The notes below the pieces were generated by a model. The model was not told the DNA's origin, did not search any database, and worked only from the letters and a program-made list of their open reading frames with translations. Positions 58,421 through 64,000 of a DNA stretch of 64,000 nucleotides are shown here, piece by piece; the stretch's first letter is position 1; every line of letters begins with the position of its first letter. The translations under genes and the position numbers were made by a program. Source of the DNA: Nitrospirota bacterium (lineage in GTDB: Bacteria > Nitrospirota > UBA9217); NCBI GenBank assembly GCA_963749655.1, contig CAVVOB010000019.1, forward strand, positions 96,001 to 160,000, written 5' to 3'.

Positions 58421-59524
58421 CTACTTCTCTGCCTCGATCTTCACTTTCACTCCGTCCTTCAGCCCCGCCGCCTCCGGTGTGGTTACGACATAATCTCCAG
58501 TTTTGATTCCGCTCTTTATCTCCGAGGCGATCCAGTTGCTCTCGCCGATCTCGACGGGCCTGAGCCTCGCCACGACCGTGTCCCCGGGACGCGCTGTCCT
58601 GCCTTCGACAATATAAACCTGCTTTTTTCCGTCCCGGTCGATGATCGCCTGTGAAGGCACGGAAAGGACGTTCTGCAGGGTCGCTATGAGTATTTCGATG
58701 TCGGCAGACATGCCGGGTTTCATGCGTGCATCCTTTTTATTGAAATAGATCCAGACGTCGGCAGTGCGCGTCTCGAGCTTTCCGCCGCTCACGATGGGAG
58801 ATATCCTCCTGATCGCGCCTTCGAATTTTTCTCCGGGAAAGGCGTCCACGGTGATCGCAACCGGCTGACCGAGCTTCAGTCTTCCCACGTCCACCTCGTC
58901 GATCGTGGCGAGGACATAGATCCTGTCGGGATTTACGATCGTAACGATCTGTTTGCCCGGCATGAGAAGTTCGCCTACTTCCGTATACTTTTTAGACACC
59001 ACGCCGCCAAAGGGGACCCGGACCACCGAATAGTCCTTTTTTACCTGAACATCCTCCCGCGCGGCTTCATACTGAGACTTGGCGACTTCGTAGGATCGTT
59101 TCGTGCCGTCGAGATCCTGTTGCGAAACCATACCCTTGGCGAACAGGTCTTCCATGCGCTGAAGATTCTTACCGGCTTCATCATAGGTCGCCTTGCTCTG
59201 CCCGAGCACGCTCTCGCTCTGCACCGATTCCTCGGTCAGGTCCAGCCTGGCGATGAGCGCGTCTTTCCTGACAACGTCCCCTTCCTTCACGGGGAGCATG
59301 ACGACCCTCCCTGTCCGCTGGGCCGAGAGCGTAACCTCGGTCTCTGATTTTATCGTGGAGGTCGTTGTTGCGTTCACGATCACGCGAAGCTCCGCCGGTT
59401 TGACCGAAATGGCCTTTACCGACACCGGCTTCTTTCCACTCATGGCGATCAGCACCACGACAACGGCGATTCCTGCCGCGACCCAGAATATCGCGTTCCT
59501 GGTAATTTTTTTTATGGGAAGCAT
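58421..59524 (-). CDS. Efflux periplasmic adaptor (MacA-like MFP)
   Basis: VKEGDVV, DEVDVGRLKLGQ, MKPGMSA. Confidence 0.92.
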   Translation of the reverse strand: MLPIKKITRNAIFWVAAGIAVVVVLIAMSGKKPVSVKAISVKPAELRVIVNATTTSTIKSETEVTLSAQRTGRVVMLPVKEGDVVRKDALIARLDLTEESVQSESVLGQSKATYDEAGKNLQRMEDLFAKGMVSQQDLDGTKRSYEVAKSQYEAAREDVQVKKDYSVVRVPFGGVVSKKYTEVGELLMPGKQIVTIVNPDRIYVLATIDEVDVGRLKLGQPVAITVDAFPGEKFEGAIRRISPIVSGGKLETRTADVWIYFNKKDARMKPGMSADIEILIATLQNVLSVPSQAIIDRDGKKQVYIVEGRTARPGDTVVARLRPVEIGESNWIASEIKSGIKTGDYVVTTPEAAGLKDGVKVKIEAEK

Positions 59525-59618
59525 GTCCTTATCCTGTAAAAGAAAAGTGTTTTTTCGTCTCTCGGCGCCTTCGTGGAGGGGGTTATGGTGACCTTTTGTC
59601 CGGATCCGGGTATCGGGA

Positions 59619-60071
59619 TTATTGTTGTCCGCTCTCAGCCGTCATTTCCAGGCGCTCTTTGATCGCCTTCATGAATCCGCGGGTGACTTCCCCCAGCTTT
59701 TCTGCGACAACCATGTCCTGGAGGAGCGAAAAATGGCCGTTCACATGGCCTTCGAGGTGGTAGGTGATCTCCGTTTCGTCATCCGATACTTTCCGAAACG
59801 TGACGATGCCCGACGTTATGAGATGTTCATGCGTGGCGGTCCAGCACAGCCGCTGTTGTTCGATCTGTTCCGTCGTATGCGCGAACATCTCGATGACGCG
59901 GCTGAAGGGCCCCAGCGACATTCTGATCGTCCAGATCGAATCGAGGTCGTTCAGGATTTTGACTCCTTTGCATCCCGGGAAAAGACAGCCTACCTCCTTC
60001 CGGTCGATCATGAACGACCAGACGCTCCTGATGGGCAATTTTACGGTAAAGGTAACTTCTCTGGTAGGCAT
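59619..60071 (-). CDS. SRPBCC/CoxG-family protein
   Basis: VWSFMID...GCLFPGC; C-terminal helix; 150 aa. Confidence 0.75.
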   Translation of the reverse strand: MPTREVTFTVKLPIRSVWSFMIDRKEVGCLFPGCKGVKILNDLDSIWTIRMSLGPFSRVIEMFAHTTEQIEQQRLCWTATHEHLITSGIVTFRKVSDDETEITYHLEGHVNGHFSLLQDMVVAEKLGEVTRGFMKAIKERLEMTAESGQQ

Positions 60072-60104
60072 GTCATCTCCTGTGCGCGAACGCGTCTGCG
60101 GGCG

Positions 60105-61388
60105 TCACTCCATCCCCGTTCCCGTTGCTTTTGCAAGTTTTGCCGCGGCAAGCTGATAGTCGTACAACGCCTGCACGTAATCCGTCTCCGCTTTGAGCGC
60201 GGCGACCTGCGCATCGGTTACTTCCAGCGAAGGACCGACGCCTGCCTGGTACCGCCCCTCGGCAAGGTCGAGGCTTTCGCGGGCGCTCTTGAGTGAGCTC
60301 TCCGTCACATCGATGCGCGCCGAGGCGCCTTCGAGGTCCGCATAGGCCTGGTTGACTTCCAGCAGGATGGCCTGCCGCTGGCTGCGCGCCTGTTCCTCGA
60401 GGCCGCGCAGATTGGCCCGCGCCTCGCCGACCTTCCCTTGCGTGATCCTCCCCTCGAAAAGGGGCAGCGACAGAGTGATGCCCGCGTTCCAGCTGTTCTG
60501 CAGGTCCCCTTTGTAAGGACCCATTTCAGCCGTGCCCTGGCTCCAGTTGTAGGCGCCCGAGGCCGCCAGTGTCGGCAAATAGTTCGCTTCCTGCGTCTTG
60601 ACCGTGGCCCGCGCGGTTTCCCTATCAGCCTCGGCCTTGATCATCTCGGGACGGTTCCTGACGGCGTCGGCGAGCGCCTGGTCCAGGGGCGGTACGGCTG
60701 CGCGCGCCTCGGAAACATCCTCGATCGCGAGGTCACCGCCGGGGTCGAGGCCCATGGCGTTATAGAGGCCGATCGTCTTGAGACGGACATTATTCCTCGC
60801 CGTGATCACGCCGAGTTTTCCGTTGTTCACGTCCACATCCGCGCGTGTCACGTCGAATCGCGGTTTCGAACCGGCTCGAAAGAACGCTTCAGCCTGCTTC
60901 CAATGGCCTTCCGACTGGGCCAGCGTCTTCTGCGCAACCACTTCGAGCTTCTTCGCTGCAAGAAGGGCAAAATAAGCCTGTTTCACGTTCAAGACCACTT
61001 CCTGAACGACCCTGCTTACGTCGGATTCCGTAGCGCGGGCGCCCAGGCGGGCTGCATCGAAGGCGTTGCCCGTCTTGCCGAAATCGTAGATGTTCTGGGT
61101 CACCGAGAGGGAGGTCGTATACGCTTTCGTGATGCTGTCTCCAAAGGCCCCGCCCACGGAATGGTCCTCGGAGTAGCCTGTGCTCGCTGTTACCTGGGGC
61201 CAGTAGGGCGATGCCGCCTGGGTCACGCGTTCCTTCCCCGCGTTCAGGCTTTCCCTGGCCGATCCGATGGACGGATGATTCGCCAGTGCCTTGGCTATGC
61301 AGTCCCTGAGAGTCAGGACCTCGGCTCCAGCCTCCGGGACCGCGGTCATGAGCAATGCAGACAAAAGGAAGACAGGTGAGATGCGCAT
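60105..61388 (-). CDS. TolC-family outer membrane efflux protein
   Basis: Signal peptide, LTLRDCIAKALANHP, LSLPLFEG, RYQAGV..LEV.DAQ. Confidence 0.92.
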   Translation of the reverse strand: MRISPVFLLSALLMTAVPEAGAEVLTLRDCIAKALANHPSIGSARESLNAGKERVTQAASPYWPQVTASTGYSEDHSVGGAFGDSITKAYTTSLSVTQNIYDFGKTGNAFDAARLGARATESDVSRVVQEVVLNVKQAYFALLAAKKLEVVAQKTLAQSEGHWKQAEAFFRAGSKPRFDVTRADVDVNNGKLGVITARNNVRLKTIGLYNAMGLDPGGDLAIEDVSEARAAVPPLDQALADAVRNRPEMIKAEADRETARATVKTQEANYLPTLAASGAYNWSQGTAEMGPYKGDLQNSWNAGITLSLPLFEGRITQGKVGEARANLRGLEEQARSQRQAILLEVNQAYADLEGASARIDVTESSLKSARESLDLAEGRYQAGVGPSLEVTDAQVAALKAETDYVQALYDYQLAAAKLAKATGTGME

Positions 61389-61450
61389 ATACCCTTTTCT
61401 AGTATAACAATACCGCTTTCCTGAAATGTTCCCGCATGAACGCGGGGCAT

Positions 61451-62034
61451 CTACCGTGCCCATGCCAGTGCCGCCTGCATGACTGCACCGGCCACGAGAG
61501 GTATGGACAAATTATCGTTCACCCGGATTGGAAGCAGCTCAACCCCCGCCGCGCACAGAGCGCCGAGAACCATGATCCAAAGCGGCATCGTCAGACCGAG
61601 CAGGGAAAGGGCGAGGCCCGCGGCAAGCGCCGCCGATACAAAAGCAGCGGTCCCTTCCAGACTCTTATTGCCGATCTTCCTTTTCCCGTACCGCTCACCG
61701 ATCGTCGTGGCCGCAACGTCGCCGAAGGCGAGAAACAGACGGCCGCACAGGCGACCTGGAGTGAATAGAAGTAGAGTGAGAGAGCGATGCCGAAGACATA
61801 AGGCACAGTGCCGGTCAGCTTGCGCTCCTCGTTCTTCCGGATAAAGCTCCCGAAATGTTCATAGAGAAACCGGTTCCAGGCAGGTATCGTGAGGCGGGCG
61901 ATCTCGAGCGCAAGAACGGCGGCCGCAAGAACTGCATAGACAAAAAAAACCCGGTCTCTGCCCAGAAGAAAGTACAAAGATAGAAGCCCGAGCCCGCCCA
62001 GAAGGTGAAACAGTTTACGTCCGATATGGCCCAT
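61451..62034 (-). CDS. Diacylglycerol/polyprenol kinase (CTP_transf_1-like), frameshifted near 61730
   Basis: RKLFHL, then in the second frame GDVAATTIG...KSLEGT...DNLSIP. Confidence 0.8.
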
Positions 62035-62098
62035 AGGAGCCCTGCTTTCCGCCCGAGGGCGTCTTTCTGAGATCATGCTCCGGAATCTGCTCCGGACG

Positions 62099-63094
62099 TC
62101 ACCGGCTCTTCCCTGTGGCGCTTGGCAGGCTGCATACCCCCGACTCGCACCGGTCGCATTCGAGCTGGATGGTGCTGTGGACCACGTTGAATTTTTCCGC
62201 CAGGACGTTCCGGATCTCTTTTATGATGTCCCTGCTTCCGCTCACGAGCTGGTCGTCGATGACGACATGCGCGCTCATTGCATAGACCCCGGACGTGATG
62301 GTCCAGACGTGGATATGGTACGCCTCGCGCACCCCCCGCACTTTTGCGATCTCGGAAGTCAGCCTGTCGATGCTGATATGGGACGGGACCGACTCCAGCA
62401 GGATGCTGACCGATTCCCGGACGAGCGACCAGGCGCCGTAGATGATCACGAGCGAGATCAGAATGCTCAGAATCGGGTCGATGAGCGACCACCCGGTATA
62501 GAGGATGACGAGTCCGCCGATCACCACGCCCACGGACGACAGCGCATCCCCGATGATATGGAGGTAGGCCCCGCGGATGTTGAGGTTCGTATGGCTGTGC
62601 TTGACCAGGAACAACGCGCCGATGATGTTGGCCACAAGGCCGACGATGGCCACGACGAGCATCAGCGTGCCTTTGACCGGCTGGGGATGGGTGAGGCGAA
62701 GATAGGCTTCATAAATGATATAGATGGAAAGGAGGACGAGCACAACGCCGTTCAAGAGGGCGGCGAGGATCTCCAGGCGGTAAAAGCCGAAGGTCCTCCG
62801 TTCCGTGGCCGGCATGGAAGCGAATTTCATGGCAAAAAAGGAAAGCAGGAGCGCCAGGTTGTCGGTCAGCATGTGGCCGGCGTCGGACAGCAGCGCGAGG
62901 CTGTTCGAGAGCAGGCCGCCGATAACCTCGACCACCATCATCAGAACGGTGATCGCAAGTGCGATCAGAAGGTCGCGCCGTCCGCCTTCGCCGGCATGGG
63001 CGCGGTTGTGATCATGGTCGTGACCGTGATCGTGGTCATGAGAGTGATGTTCGCTGTCTTTTTCGTTCTTTATATTTAATAATGACATGGCCAT
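62099..63094 (-). CDS. Cation diffusion facilitator (CzcD/ZitB-like)
   Basis: His-rich N-terminus, SLALLSDAGHMLTD, AYLHIIGD, HSTIQLE. Confidence 0.93.
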   Translation of the reverse strand: MAMSLLNIKNEKDSEHHSHDHDHGHDHDHNRAHAGEGGRRDLLIALAITVLMMVVEVIGGLLSNSLALLSDAGHMLTDNLALLLSFFAMKFASMPATERRTFGFYRLEILAALLNGVVLVLLSIYIIYEAYLRLTHPQPVKGTLMLVVAIVGLVANIIGALFLVKHSHTNLNIRGAYLHIIGDALSSVGVVIGGLVILYTGWSLIDPILSILISLVIIYGAWSLVRESVSILLESVPSHISIDRLTSEIAKVRGVREAYHIHVWTITSGVYAMSAHVVIDDQLVSGSRDIIKEIRNVLAEKFNVVHSTIQLECDRCESGVCSLPSATGKSR

Positions 63095-63106
63095 CGTCGA
63101 CTCGCC

Positions 63107-63928
63107 TCACCGGTCAGGCTGCCAGAACCGCAGTTCCGTCACGGCCTTTACCGCGCCGATCTCCGCAGCATACCCGTAAAAAGTAAGCAGGCCTTTCTGC
63201 TCCGCCTCTCCGAAATCGTAGCTGAACAGCTTCCAGTACTCGAGGAGCACCGCCGGAGAAAGATTGAACCGGCCCTGCTCGGACTCCGCGAGTTTCGCGA
63301 GGTGCGCCTGACCGTACGCTTTCGACTCTTTAAGAATATCATACAACCGAACGAGGTCGTTGTGCAGGTTTTTTCGATAATTTACCTGCCAGTGGGCGAA
63401 CACAAAAGGCAGCCCCGTAAAATCGTGCCACAACCGTCCCAGATCGTAGCGGTGCGGATAGGTCGAGGCCGCCGCTCTCCGGATCGCCAGATCACCGATC
63501 GTGAGCACGGCATCGCATCGGCCGGCCGGGTCTTCGGCGCCCTGCTCGTAGGTGATGTATCCCGCGTTGACGCCGTACCTCAATTCCAGCAGGATACGGA
63601 GCAACACGACCGATGTGGCCGATGCCGAGGTCAGGGCGACGGTCTTATTGCTCAGCTCCTCGATCGGGACAGCGCTTTCGAGCAGGATGCTCATGACTCT
63701 TGTTTTCGAGGTGATCGACAGGCCGGGCAACAGAAGATATCGGCCGGGATTGCCGGCGTACTCGATCGATGACGACGGCGAAACGTCGACTGAACCTTCG
63801 TACAGCATCCGGTTCAGCTGACTTGGGATTCCTTCCACCAGTTTGAAAGGAAAAGAGACCTTGCCCGTCACGATCCCGGCATGGGGCGGAAAGCAGTTGG
63901 AGAATACGATATGGCCTAGACTGAGCAT
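63107..63928 (-). CDS. mqnA: Chorismate dehydratase (futalosine menaquinone pathway)
   Basis: LGHI.FSNCFP, PSQLN, SSIEY, SATSV.LL, IGDLA, DLG..W...TGLPFVFA. Confidence 0.88.
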   Translation of the reverse strand: MLSLGHIVFSNCFPPHAGIVTGKVSFPFKLVEGIPSQLNRMLYEGSVDVSPSSSIEYAGNPGRYLLLPGLSITSKTRVMSILLESAVPIEELSNKTVALTSASATSVVLLRILLELRYGVNAGYITYEQGAEDPAGRCDAVLTIGDLAIRRAAASTYPHRYDLGRLWHDFTGLPFVFAHWQVNYRKNLHNDLVRLYDILKESKAYGQAHLAKLAESEQGRFNLSPAVLLEYWKLFSYDFGEAEQKGLLTFYGYAAEIGAVKAVTELRFWQPDR

Positions 63929-64000
63929 TCCACGAGTATGGGAAGCGCAGATGAACAACGGGTCTATTCCTCTCAGGGGAAAAAGCTGCCCCTGAGGGTC

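Noticed and set aside
1-64000. CRISPR array, tRNA or rRNA
   Set aside because: No regularly spaced identical repeats with unique spacers and no recognisable structural RNA genes were seen; the repeats found are REP, attC-like or coding repeats.

Overview
Bacterial chromosomal window of moderately high GC. The gene content suggests a Nitrospirota- or Deltaproteobacteria-like organism, but this is inference only. Many single-base frameshifts, including in housekeeping genes such as rel, point to long-read consensus errors. The window has five blocks. (1) 1-10.3 kb: an accessory region of short, mostly AT-rich minus-strand ORFs separated by six attC-like palindromes. This looks like an integron cassette array with no integrase in the window, and it includes a MazEF-type TA pair, a catalytically degenerate amidase and two 93-bp REP doublets. 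(2) 10.4-19.8 kb: Smr, MltD-like, CAP, a RAYT transposase with REPs, ridA, rel, recJ, tatA and mobA, with a 56-bp structured motif duplicated upstream of the mltD-like gene and rel. (3) 20-34.6 kb: a copper/heme envelope cluster (CopC, CopD, NosL, ABC exporter, SCO, a cytochrome c-periplasmic binding protein fusion, a leaderless uORF, split-Soret cytochrome, a beta-barrel and a redoxin). (4) 34.7-56 kb: about 15 kb of co-oriented large secreted or surface proteins (beta-propellers, RCC1 repeats, tail-fibre-like paralogs, Ig/dockerin). These lie downstream of a membrane-anchored PDZ/multi-TM-STAND-BTAD regulator, two small ORFs, an 11-bp-period operator-like repeat and a leader terminator. This block is the best candidate for an undescribed system. 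(5) 56-64 kb: mqnA, a CDF exporter, a prenol kinase-like gene, TolC, SRPBCC and a MacAB-type exporter.
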